Assembly (NCBI GenBank): GCA_964497605.1
Contig: CAZCDQ010000003.1
Coordinates: 1-45,202, forward strand
Source: an uncultured bacterium
GTDB lineage: Bacteria; Latescibacterota; Latescibacteria; Latescibacterales; Latescibacteraceae
Length of the DNA stretch: 45,202 nt
Direction of reading: 5' to 3'
The notes beneath the pieces were generated by a model. The model was not told the DNA's origin and made no database searches. It saw only the letters and a program-made list of their open reading frames with translations. Of this stretch, positions 8,987-17,135 are shown piece after piece (position 1 is the first letter of the stretch; each line of letters begins with the position of its first letter). Made by a program: the position numbers and the translations under genes.

Positions 8987-10330
8987 ATGTTGATTATTGG
9001 AGTCGATGTCGGAACGACCGGCATGAAAATGGGAGTGTTTCAGGAGGATGGCGATTCTGTCAAACTTGTCAGGCAGTATGCTGAAGGCTATCCCATAAAT
9101 ACCTATAACGACGGTTTGTTCAGCGATATCGAGCCTGAGAAATGGCAGGCTGCGTTCCGAAACGGCTGTAAAGAAATGGCCGATCTGATGGGAGATGTTG
9201 AGGCAATATCTATTTCTGGAACGACACCCGGTATGACAACCATGGATGCGGACGGAAACGCACTTTATCCGGCAATTCTCATGCTCGACCAGCGGTCGCG
9301 GAAACAGGCGGCCGAGATCATAGATAAGATCGGTATGGACAAACTGATGAATGAAACAAGCAATATGCCGGTTGCCGGCGGCTGCTCGCTGGCGAGCATT
9401 CTCTGGGTGCGGGACAATCATCCCGACATTTTCGAAAAAGCGGCGTGTTTCGGTCATTCCAACACGTTCTTCGCAAAATGGCTGACCGGAGAATTTGCCA
9501 TCGATCCGTCTTCGGCATCCCTCAGTGCACTTTACAATACGGTGAAAAACGATCTGACATGGAACGAAGAAATCGCCGGAACATTCGGGATTTCTACCGA
9601 TCAGCTTCCCCAGGTTATGCTCGGATACGAAAGCCCGGGAAGAGTGAAAAGCGATCTCGCAAAAGAACTCGGACTGACAAAGGAACCCGTTGTTGTAATC
9701 GGCGGTAATGACGCGGTGCTTGCGGCATATTCGATCGGCATCAAGGAGCCCGGCGATGTGGTCAATGTCAACGGTACCTGTGAGATTAACCTTGTATGTC
9801 TCGGAAAATGCTATCCCTCGAGAAATTATAATATCCGTGCACATGTCATACCCGATCGCTGGCTTACCCTATATGTTATGAATGCCGAGGGGAAAGCGTT
9901 CGAGTGGTTCAGGGAACTTCTATGCCGTGAAATGACACCCGACCAGTATTATCAAGATTTCATGCCGAATGCGGTGAAAAAGTGGCTCGACCGTGATTCA
10001 GCAGTAACATATACACCGTTTTTGATGGGATCGCGCTACTCTCTTGAACCGCTGAAAGCCGAATTTTTGGGGCTCACCATGGAGACTACCCGCGAGGAAA
10101 TTTTAGCCGCGCTTGTCCGCGGCTTGTGCGAATATCAGAAACTTCATCTCGACGAAATATCGAAGAAAGTTACGCTGAAAGATATTATCCACGTGACCGG
10201 AGGCGCAGTCGATCCGACACTGATCGAGGCAAAGAAGAAATGGATGTGCGACACAGAGTATGTCTTCGAGGAGCAGTCATCCATGAAAGGTGCCGCGATG
10301 CTCGGTCTGAAGCATTTGAAAGAAAGTTAA
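8987..10330 (+). CDS. FGGY-family carbohydrate kinase (substrate unknown)
   Basis: The N-terminal phosphate-1 motif is IGVDVGTTGMKMGVF. The central GGNDAVLAAYS and C-terminal HVTGGAV motifs are typical of FGGY kinases. The RBS GGAGGA lies 6 nt upstream. Confidence 0.85.
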   Translation: MLIIGVDVGTTGMKMGVFQEDGDSVKLVRQYAEGYPINTYNDGLFSDIEPEKWQAAFRNGCKEMADLMGDVEAISISGTTPGMTTMDADGNALYPAILMLDQRSRKQAAEIIDKIGMDKLMNETSNMPVAGGCSLASILWVRDNHPDIFEKAACFGHSNTFFAKWLTGEFAIDPSSASLSALYNTVKNDLTWNEEIAGTFGISTDQLPQVMLGYESPGRVKSDLAKELGLTKEPVVVIGGNDAVLAAYSIGIKEPGDVVNVNGTCEINLVCLGKCYPSRNYNIRAHVIPDRWLTLYVMNAEGKAFEWFRELLCREMTPDQYYQDFMPNAVKKWLDRDSAVTYTPFLMGSRYSLEPLKAEFLGLTMETTREEILAALVRGLCEYQKLHLDEISKKVTLKDIIHVTGGAVDPTLIEAKKKWMCDTEYVFEEQSSMKGAAMLGLKHLKES

Positions 10331-10362
10331 ACGATAAGTAAATAAAAAAGAGGAGAATTAAA

Positions 10363-10752
10363 ATGCCAATCAAAAAAATCAGCGATTTTCAGGCTTTGGA
10401 GAAACCCGTTTTTCTTTCGGCAGGTCTGGATGGTAAGGATTTAATGCCGGAAATGAGTGTCCATTTTGCGACTCTTCAACCCGGCGGGGACGATGTTACA
10501 CCGCATGTTCACGACCGTGTTGAAGTATATATCTTTCTCAGCGGACGGGCGAAAGTCATGACCGGCGACGAGATCAAGGAAGTCTCGACCGGCGATGTCG
10601 CGATCGCACCTATCGGTACCCCGCACGCCATCCATGTACTGGGAGACGAACCGCTGTTGTTCTTTGCGCTGAACAGCCCGCCCATGTCAACAGCACCGGT
10701 TTCGCCGGCGGCCGACGATATCATCGCAAAATTCAAGGATGCCTCGGCATAA
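10363..10752 (+). CDS. Small single-domain cupin protein. A KdgF-like role is possible but is inferred from context only.
   Basis: 129 aa with cupin_2 motifs TPHVHDRVEVYIFLSG and GDVAIAPIGTPHAI. Confidence 0.7.
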   Translation: MPIKKISDFQALEKPVFLSAGLDGKDLMPEMSVHFATLQPGGDDVTPHVHDRVEVYIFLSGRAKVMTGDEIKEVSTGDVAIAPIGTPHAIHVLGDEPLLFFALNSPPMSTAPVSPAADDIIAKFKDASA

Positions 10753-10816
10753 TAAACAAAGCGTTCAGCAAGATTACTACTTATAATCGTATGTGATCAC
10801 AAGGAGGATGTATTAA

Positions 10817-12097
10817 ATGATAGATGCAACCAAAAGCAAGATGTATTTCGGCGCGGCAATCATGCTGATCATCGCTGAAATACTGCTTGTGTCGTTCGGA
10901 AGCGGACAGCTTCCGATCTCGGGGCTGGTACTTTTCACTCTGTTTTTTGCACTTGCATACACCGTGAAGTATACCAAAAAGCTGAAAGGCTTGTTCTTTA
11001 CATTTGAGATTTTTGCGTTCGTGGCGTTCACGCTGTTTTTCCCCGAGTTCTTTACAGACTGGGGTTTCGACACCAAAGTACTTATCGTACCGTCCGTACA
11101 GCTTATCATGTTCGGCATGGGGACGAAGCTGAATCTCGGAGATTTTGTCCGCGAATTCTCGAAACCGGTGAAAGTGATTGTAGGCACGGCGCTTATTTAC
11201 ATTATGATGCCGCTTGCCGCGATCATCATTATTAAAGTATACAGCTTCCCGGCAGAAGTTGCAGCCGGTATTATTCTCATCGGTGCATGTCCTGCTGGCG
11301 CGGCGTCCAACGTCATGACCTATCTCGCGAAAGGCAACCTCGCCCTCGCACTCAGTATCACGACCCTCGCGACACTGGTCTCGCCGTTCCTGACACCGCT
11401 TTTGATGCAGGTTTTTGCCGGTGAGCTAATGGATGTTCCGGTATTAAATATGATGTTGAGTATTCTCAATATGATCTTCGTGCCGGTCGGCGCCGGACTC
11501 ATTTGCAACAAAATTCTTTACGGCAACGTTCCGTGGTTTGCGAAAGCAGGTAATCTGGTGATGCTCTCCATTCTCTGCTTTATTGGCGGTTTTGCATTGA
11601 TCTTCATACCGTTTGCGGAAACGGTTAAATCGCTCCAGTCCGGTCTTGTGCTGGTATTCTGGGCGGTTGCGGTTGTCTCGTTTGTCAAGATGCTTGTCGA
11701 CCGTGCAAACGGCCCGGCCAACTGGATGGAACTGGTGCTGCCGAAACTCTCTCTCACCTCGATCATGCTTTATATTATCATCGTGGCCGCTCATAACAAG
11801 GCAACCCTGCTGAGTATCGGCCCCGCGTTGTTTGTCGCGGTCATTGCCCACAACTTCCTGGGCTTTATCCTCGGATACAGTTCGGCGAAAGCGATGCGTC
11901 TCAGCGATGCCGATGTGAGGACTTTCACCATCGAGGTCGGTCTCAAGAACAGCGGCGTCGGTGTCGGCCTTGCATACGATGTGCTCATGAGTCAGGGTGC
12001 TGCGCTTGCGTCCCTGATTTTCGGAACATGGATGAATGTTTCGGGTTCGACTCTGGCAAACTTCTGGAGCCAGCGGGAACCGCGGCCTAAAGTATAA
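10817..12097 (+). CDS. BASS-family (bile acid:Na+ symporter / SBF-like) transporter, paralog 1
   Basis: Polytopic membrane protein with the core IILIGACPAGAASNVMTYLAKGNLALALSITTLATLVSPFLTPLLM, typical of SBF/BASS. The RBS is AAGGAGGA. Confidence 0.8.
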   Translation: MIDATKSKMYFGAAIMLIIAEILLVSFGSGQLPISGLVLFTLFFALAYTVKYTKKLKGLFFTFEIFAFVAFTLFFPEFFTDWGFDTKVLIVPSVQLIMFGMGTKLNLGDFVREFSKPVKVIVGTALIYIMMPLAAIIIIKVYSFPAEVAAGIILIGACPAGAASNVMTYLAKGNLALALSITTLATLVSPFLTPLLMQVFAGELMDVPVLNMMLSILNMIFVPVGAGLICNKILYGNVPWFAKAGNLVMLSILCFIGGFALIFIPFAETVKSLQSGLVLVFWAVAVVSFVKMLVDRANGPANWMELVLPKLSLTSIMLYIIIVAAHNKATLLSIGPALFVAVIAHNFLGFILGYSSAKAMRLSDADVRTFTIEVGLKNSGVGVGLAYDVLMSQGAALASLIFGTWMNVSGSTLANFWSQREPRPKV

Positions 12098-12143
12098 ATA
12101 TGTTTTTACATTGATATAATGTGCTTATTCGGTTCATTTTTTC

Positions 12144-12209
12144 AATTTGACCCCCCTGTCTTTCATCCCCTTGTAAGGGAGACACGGCGAAGCCGAGGGG
12201 GGTCAAATT
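12144..12209. repeat. GC-rich palindromic element (REP-like) that probably doubles as the terminator of BASS-1
   Basis: A perfect 14-bp inverted repeat, AATTTGACCCCCCT ... AGGGGGGTCAAATT, encloses an inner hairpin and is followed by a T-rich run (ATTTTGGG). Confidence 0.7.
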
Positions 12210-12362
12210 ATTTTGGGCTTATTTTCTTCTTTATCATCAGGAAATCGCTAAATATCTCCGCCGTGTGCAAACTTGGGTTGCGTTCGGTGTTTTTCCGATG
12301 TACATTAATTGATTATGCACGGGGAGCGTATTCATTACCTCCGCTTATGTAAAACAATAGGA

Positions 12363-12487
12363 AATGAACTCTCCCCGACCCAAGGGTCGGGGTATCACGT
12401 TGCCTCGCTTGTGCCCGGCAATACAAGGTAAAGATTCGAATGATATACATCCCGCGACGCAAGCATCGGGGAATTCAAGATTAAAAA
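12363..12487. repeat. REP/BIME-like mosaic module, copy 1
   Basis: It contains the palindromes CCCCGACCCAAGGGTCGGGG and CGCGACGCAAGCATCGGGG. Its ends (AATGAACT... and ...GGAATTC..AGATTAA) recur in the same order and orientation at 17136-17360. Confidence 0.75.
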
Positions 12488-12519
12488 TTTACAGATTTTT
12501 TGTTACTATCGGTTTCATC

Positions 12520-12548
12520 TTGATAATCGTGTAAATCATGTCTATTAT
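12520..12548 (+). promoter_or_regulatory. Candidate sigma-70-type promoter for the BASS-2/GH88 unit
   Basis: TTGATA-N17-TATTAT sits in an AT-rich spacer. It would give a leader of about 265 nt. The promoter consensus for this lineage is unknown. Confidence 0.3.
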
Positions 12549-12587
12549 TTCTTTATACTTTTGAAACTGTTATAGCATATATTGAAG

Positions 12588-12601
12588 TTTGATTAATCAA
12601 A
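12588..12601. promoter_or_regulatory. Perfect 14-bp palindrome TTTGATTAATCAAA (candidate operator)
   Basis: Read directly from the sequence. A related site, TTTGATCGAATCAAA, lies at 8884-8898 upstream of the FGGY kinase gene. Confidence 0.35.
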
Positions 12602-12634
12602 CCCCTACACTATCATCGTCTGTAAAAGTTCAAG

Positions 12635-12792
12635 CGCTTATCGATTATGTGCGGAGTTATCTCGATAAGCGAATTAGCTTATTGGGCTATACGGTTTACT
12701 CTCGTAAACACTATATATGGCATGGAATTAAAGTAATAGACTACATGATATGGTATATACAGGAGTCAAGCGGATAGCCCTATTAGCTAATT
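12635..12792 (+). promoter_or_regulatory. Structured leader element upstream of BASS-2 (candidate cis-regulatory RNA)
   Basis: A perfect 10-bp hairpin pairs CGCTTATCGA (12635-12644) with TCGATAAGCG (12662-12671). It is followed immediately by a 17-nt long-range helix, 12672-12688 with 12776-12792 (15 of 17 pairs), that encloses 87 nt. The helix ends 26 nt before the ATG. Confidence 0.35.
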
Positions 12793-12818
12793 CATAAAAG
12801 AGCGAGGAATGTGAAGAT

Positions 12819-14120
12819 ATGGCAGATCAAACACAACCGAAATCGACACGCACCGCAAACGTCCTTCTTGCCGCCGGAATACTGGGCGGTGTTATTACTG
12901 CTGTGATGATTGCAACAGGCAACATTGACGATGCCGGGATCCCGATGGTTGCCGCGCTCATTGCCGGCGCCCTTTACGGAAGATATAATCCGCGGTTTAA
13001 AGGCAGTTCGTTTACGTTTTGGGTATTTGCATTTCTCGCGGCCGCGATGTATTTCCCATGGCTTTTCACGAACTGGGGATTTAATACGAAAGTCATTGTC
13101 ATCCCCATGCTTCAGCTTATCATGTTCGGCATGGGAACGAAATTGAGTATCGGCGATTTTATGAAAGAGTTCAGCCGCCCGAAAGGGATTCTTATCGGCA
13201 CGGCTATGGTGTTTACTATCATGCCGGTTCTCGGTCTTTTGGTGGCGAAACTGCTCCGGTTCCCGCCCGAGATCGCAGTCGGCGTTATCCTGATTGGCGC
13301 ATGTCCCGGCGGCGCGGCGTCCAATGTCATGGCCTTCCTCGCGGGAGGTAATGTCGCGTTGAGTGTGAGTGTGACCACACTCGCGACTCTTATGACTCCG
13401 GTTGTGACACCCGCGCTTATGAAACTGTTCGCCGGGGAACTCCTTGAGGTCTCGTTTTTTAAGATGATGATGTCGAGTTTCAACCTGATTATTGTCCCCA
13501 TTTCGGCCGGGTTAATCTGCAACAAGATTCTCTACGGGAAGGCGGACTGGCTGAAAAGACCGGCGCCGGTAATCGGCATCGCCGTGCTCGCAGCGGCATT
13601 GACCGCAGCGACAATTCCGTCGGCATTTCCTGCGTCAATCGCGGTACTGAAACCGGGACTCATCCTCGGATTCAGCCTGACCGCTATCGTATCTTTCGCC
13701 AAAGTCATCGTCGCGGCGGCCAACGGCCCCGATGACTGGATGAACAGAATTCTGCCGAGAGTATCAATGCTCTCGATTCTGCTTTTTGTCACCATCGTTG
13801 TCGCGCTGAACCGCGACAAACTCATGGTGGTCGGGCTTATGCTTATTCTGGCGTCCGCCCTTCACAATTTGTTCGGCTATATTTTCGGCTACTGGGTCAG
13901 CCGCGCCATCGGGCTTTCAGTGCGCGACAGCCGCACCCTTTCCATCGAGGTTGCACTGAAAAACGGCGGTCTGGGCATGGGGCTCGCCATCGATGCGCTT
14001 GGCAGTCAGGATGCCGCGCTTGCGCCGATCGTATTTGGAAAATGGATGAACATTTCCGGCTCGGCGCTTGCAAACTACTGGCGCGGGAAGCCGACCGGCG
14101 ACGAGGATGAATCGAAATAA
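12819..14120 (+). CDS. BASS-family (SBF-like) Na+-dependent transporter, paralog 2
   Basis: It aligns along its whole length with the 10817-12097 product, for example WGFNTKVIVIPMLQLIMFGMGTKL and ILIGACPGGAASNVMAFLAGGNVALSVSVTTLATLMTPVVTP. Confidence 0.8.
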   Translation: MADQTQPKSTRTANVLLAAGILGGVITAVMIATGNIDDAGIPMVAALIAGALYGRYNPRFKGSSFTFWVFAFLAAAMYFPWLFTNWGFNTKVIVIPMLQLIMFGMGTKLSIGDFMKEFSRPKGILIGTAMVFTIMPVLGLLVAKLLRFPPEIAVGVILIGACPGGAASNVMAFLAGGNVALSVSVTTLATLMTPVVTPALMKLFAGELLEVSFFKMMMSSFNLIIVPISAGLICNKILYGKADWLKRPAPVIGIAVLAAALTAATIPSAFPASIAVLKPGLILGFSLTAIVSFAKVIVAAANGPDDWMNRILPRVSMLSILLFVTIVVALNRDKLMVVGLMLILASALHNLFGYIFGYWVSRAIGLSVRDSRTLSIEVALKNGGLGMGLAIDALGSQDAALAPIVFGKWMNISGSALANYWRGKPTGDEDESK

Positions 14121-14159
14121 TCCTGTGAGAATAGGTTACAAACACAAGGCGGATCATTT

Positions 14160-15359
14160 ATGAACACACGTATATTACATCTTGCGGCTATAATACTCGC
14201 GGCTCCCGTATTGGTATTATCATGCGCATCCCCGGAATCCGAAACCGATATTAGCCCCGCCGCGGCATTTTCAGCAGAACCGTATTTCGCATTCGCGGCC
14301 GTTCAGCTCGAAAAAACCGTCGATCAGATCGGAGACGGCAATCTGTTCCCCCGCTATGTCAATGAGGACGGCCTCTGGGAAACAACGGACAGCAGCGCGT
14401 GGTCGAGCGGATTTTTCGCGGGCTGTCTCTGGTATATGTACGGTCATACCGGCGAGGAGAAATGGAAATCATACGCGGAGAAATGGACCGCGGGCATGGA
14501 AAAGGAACAGTACACAACTTCCAATCACAATAACGGATTCAAGATGTTTTCCAGCTATGGGAACGGTTATCTTCTGACCGGCAGCGAACACTACCGCGAG
14601 GCGCTTATTCAGTCCGCGCGGTCGCTCGCCTCGCGGTACAGCGAAACGGTCGGTTTCATCAAAGCGAACGACATGGAGCAGTGGCGTTACCCTGTGCTTA
14701 TCGACACGATGGTGAACCTGTGCCTTCTGTTCTGGGCGGCTGAAAACGGCGGCGATCCCGAATGGCGGCGCATCGCCGAGACGCATGCACTGAATACAAT
14801 CCGCGACCATATCCGCGAGGACGGTACCACGGTGCAGGTTGTCGATTACAATCCCGACACAGGCGCGGTTATCGCTCACGATACGCTCTGCGGTCTGAAC
14901 AAGGATTCTGCCTGGGCGCGCGGTCAGGGACAGGCGCTCTACGGTTTCGCGGCGGCATACGAATATACCGGCAATCCCGCGTTTCTCGAGGCTGCCCGGA
15001 AAGTCGCCGACAGTTTCATCGGGCTGCTCCCGGAGGATCATGTGCCGTACTGGGATTTCAGCGATCCGGCCATCCCCAATACGATACGCGACACCTCGGC
15101 CGGCTCCATCGCGTCGGCGGGACTGTTCCAGCTTGCGCGTGTCGAGACGGACGATGCGCGAAGCGCTCGATATTCACGCGCGGCGCTCGATATTTTGTCG
15201 TCCCTTTGCCAAAATTACCTTGCGGACGGTGAATCGTCGAACGGGATTCTCGACCATGCCACATGGAAAACACCGAATGATCCTCAGTCCGATACCGCGC
15301 TGATATGGGGTGATTATAATCTGCTCGAAGCGCTGACATTGTTTGAAAAGGGTATGTGA
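14160..15359 (+). CDS. Glycoside hydrolase family 88 (unsaturated glucuronyl hydrolase), lipoprotein
   Basis: The signal is LVLSCASPE. GH88-type blocks are present: AWSSGFFAGCLWYMY, NHNNGF, LIDTMVNLCLLFWAA, WARGQGQALYGFAAAYEYTG, VPYWDF. Confidence 0.8.
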   Translation: MNTRILHLAAIILAAPVLVLSCASPESETDISPAAAFSAEPYFAFAAVQLEKTVDQIGDGNLFPRYVNEDGLWETTDSSAWSSGFFAGCLWYMYGHTGEEKWKSYAEKWTAGMEKEQYTTSNHNNGFKMFSSYGNGYLLTGSEHYREALIQSARSLASRYSETVGFIKANDMEQWRYPVLIDTMVNLCLLFWAAENGGDPEWRRIAETHALNTIRDHIREDGTTVQVVDYNPDTGAVIAHDTLCGLNKDSAWARGQGQALYGFAAAYEYTGNPAFLEAARKVADSFIGLLPEDHVPYWDFSDPAIPNTIRDTSAGSIASAGLFQLARVETDDARSARYSRAALDILSSLCQNYLADGESSNGILDHATWKTPNDPQSDTALIWGDYNLLEALTLFEKGM

Positions 15360-15393
15360 AGCCTTTATTGTTAATACCCGCCCGGGATCAGCT

Positions 15394-16185
15394 ATGGAAG
15401 ATAGTACCTACAATCTGGTATTTCACGGTGTGATCGCCGAGGGATTCGACACCGGTACGGTTAAAAAGAATATTGCCATACTATTCAACGCGCCTGACAA
15501 AAAAGTCGAGCGTCTGTTCAGCGGCAATCCGGTAACGGTACGAAAAAACATCGATCGCAATACGGCGCTGAAATATCAGGCTGCTTTTAAAAAAGCCGGC
15601 GCGCTCTGCACCATCGAACCTGCACAGATCCAAAACGCTCAGCCGCCGGAAACAGCATATCACCGTGAACAGCCGCCGGTCGAACCGGAGACCGAAGCGC
15701 CTGCCGCACCGGCCGACGGCGAATATCCAATTCCCTCTGACCTGCAAGTTATCTCCCCGCAACGTATGCGCCGGGAACTGCGTTTTTCGCCGATGACAGC
15801 GCCCTCGATCGTTTCAGCCGGGAACGATCTGAATTTCAGCAGAGCCGATATCAGCCGGATTTCGATCAGTGAAATCGAACTGGTGTCGGTCTTTTCCGAG
15901 GAAGAGAACGATGAGATCGTATTCCGCATCGTTTTCTTCCTGAAAGAGACGGAACGGCCGCTTCTTCTCAATGTTGACACGATCAGATACAATCAATTCC
16001 CCAATGTTCGCCGGAATACGACAATGAACTCGCTCAGGAATTTCATCCTCTATCTTATTCACCAAAATCCGCATATCAAAATTGACAACCGTACCGAGGA
16101 GTTCCTGCATGGTAACGAGCAGAATCTTTTGACTGTAGAGCCGCTCGATTTTATTACTTCTCTTGGCGTATCGCTGGGGAAATAA
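15394..16185 (+). CDS. Hypothetical protein with a small N-terminal domain, a Pro/Glu-rich linker and an unknown C-terminal domain
   Basis: The frame is open with coding-like composition. I preferred ATG 15394 over the listed TTG 15343, which overlaps the GH88 gene. I recognised no family. Confidence 0.5.
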   Translation: MEDSTYNLVFHGVIAEGFDTGTVKKNIAILFNAPDKKVERLFSGNPVTVRKNIDRNTALKYQAAFKKAGALCTIEPAQIQNAQPPETAYHREQPPVEPETEAPAAPADGEYPIPSDLQVISPQRMRRELRFSPMTAPSIVSAGNDLNFSRADISRISISEIELVSVFSEEENDEIVFRIVFFLKETERPLLLNVDTIRYNQFPNVRRNTTMNSLRNFILYLIHQNPHIKIDNRTEEFLHGNEQNLLTVEPLDFITSLGVSLGK

Positions 16186-16212
16186 TGGAGAGGGACATAT
16201 TCTCAGCTTTGT

Positions 16213-17037
16213 TCAACCGTCTCGCGGATCCTGATGGCACGGGCGTTCGTCGAATGTCTCGTGCCATTTTTTCGAGGCCTGCCAGATATTGTTGTGGAGG
16301 TATTTCGCTTCTTTGGTCAATGAACGCACAAGCTCTTTCATGACTTTACGTTTTCCGGACTCCGCATATTCACATTCACATGTTGTCACCGTAAAACCGG
16401 CCATTTTCGACAGCCGGACCAGTTCTCGCTCCCGAAGATAAAAAAGCGGGCGTATCACATCGAACTTACCGTCGAAAAACGAACGACTGGGAAGCATCGT
16501 TTCCAGATTGGCATGATAGAACAGATTCATCAGCGATGTCTGCGCCACATCGTCGAAATGATGCGCAAGGGCGAGTTTGTCGTATCCATGCTTGGCGCAG
16601 TATTTGAACAGCGCTTCTCTCCGGTTCCAGGAACACCAGAAACACGACGGTGTACAGTCATTTCCGTCCATATCCTTTGTGACTATAATATCCTCGAATG
16701 CAAACGAAACGCCGCTTGTCTCGGAAAGTTTATTGAGATATGCTTTTGTCGCAGCGGCATCGTCATCGTAATCGGACACAACATGAATCGCGTCGACGGA
16801 ATAATTCATCGGAAAAAACCGACGCTGTTCGATGAGAAGATGTAACAGCGACAGGCTGTCTTTCCCACCGGACACGGCAACGCATACACGGTCTCCCTCG
16901 GATATGAGCCCGAATTCATTGATGGCTTTATTGACTTTTCTGAGAAGCGACCGGGTCAGTTTTATAAGCGGAGAGTGTTTCGACTGGTTTGTCAGGGACT
17001 TTAATCTTTTCATGGAGTAAATATGGGGCATATTCAC
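16213..17037 (-). CDS. ttcA: TtcA-family PP-loop ATPase (tRNA 2-thiocytidine synthase-like)
   Basis: The PP-loop is VAVSGGKDSLSLLHLL, preceded by NKAINEFGLISEGDRV as in TtcA. Cys motifs are CFWCSWNRR and CECEY. Confidence 0.8.
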   Translation of the reverse strand: MNMPHIYSMKRLKSLTNQSKHSPLIKLTRSLLRKVNKAINEFGLISEGDRVCVAVSGGKDSLSLLHLLIEQRRFFPMNYSVDAIHVVSDYDDDAAATKAYLNKLSETSGVSFAFEDIIVTKDMDGNDCTPSCFWCSWNRREALFKYCAKHGYDKLALAHHFDDVAQTSLMNLFYHANLETMLPSRSFFDGKFDVIRPLFYLRERELVRLSKMAGFTVTTCECEYAESGKRKVMKELVRSLTKEAKYLHNNIWQASKKWHETFDERPCHQDPRDG

Positions 17038-17135
17038 GCGGCGGTCAATATATTTTATTACTGAACATGCGAGGAGAAAGGACGTGCTGGTATAACGTCA
17101 AACGATATCTTGGAATTAATATTGCTGACACCGCA

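Noticed and set aside
8894-9844. 316-aa ORF antisense to the FGGY kinase gene. Similar long antisense ORFs include 1611-2093, 2458-3198, 6012-6548, 7089-7823, 14469-15041, 24069-24638, 30896-31516 and 41887-42474.
   Set aside because: Each lies entirely opposite a gene with strong family motifs. The translations are Arg/Cys/His-rich or low-complexity, lack ribosome binding sites and show no recognisable domains. Shadow ORFs like these are typical of moderately GC-rich coding DNA.
10792-10801. Palindrome TGTGATCACA just upstream of BASS-1
   Set aside because: It is only 10 bp, overlaps the region right next to the RBS, and lacks the 6-nt spacer of CRP/FNR-type sites. That is too little information to call.
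12119-12777. Short ORFs in the BASS-1/BASS-2 spacer (77 aa at 12119-12352 and 62 aa at 12589-12777)
   Set aside because: The first is read straight through the REP-like palindromes. The second starts at TTG inside a perfect palindrome with no RBS, has an odd composition and overlaps the hairpins. Both are better explained as non-coding.
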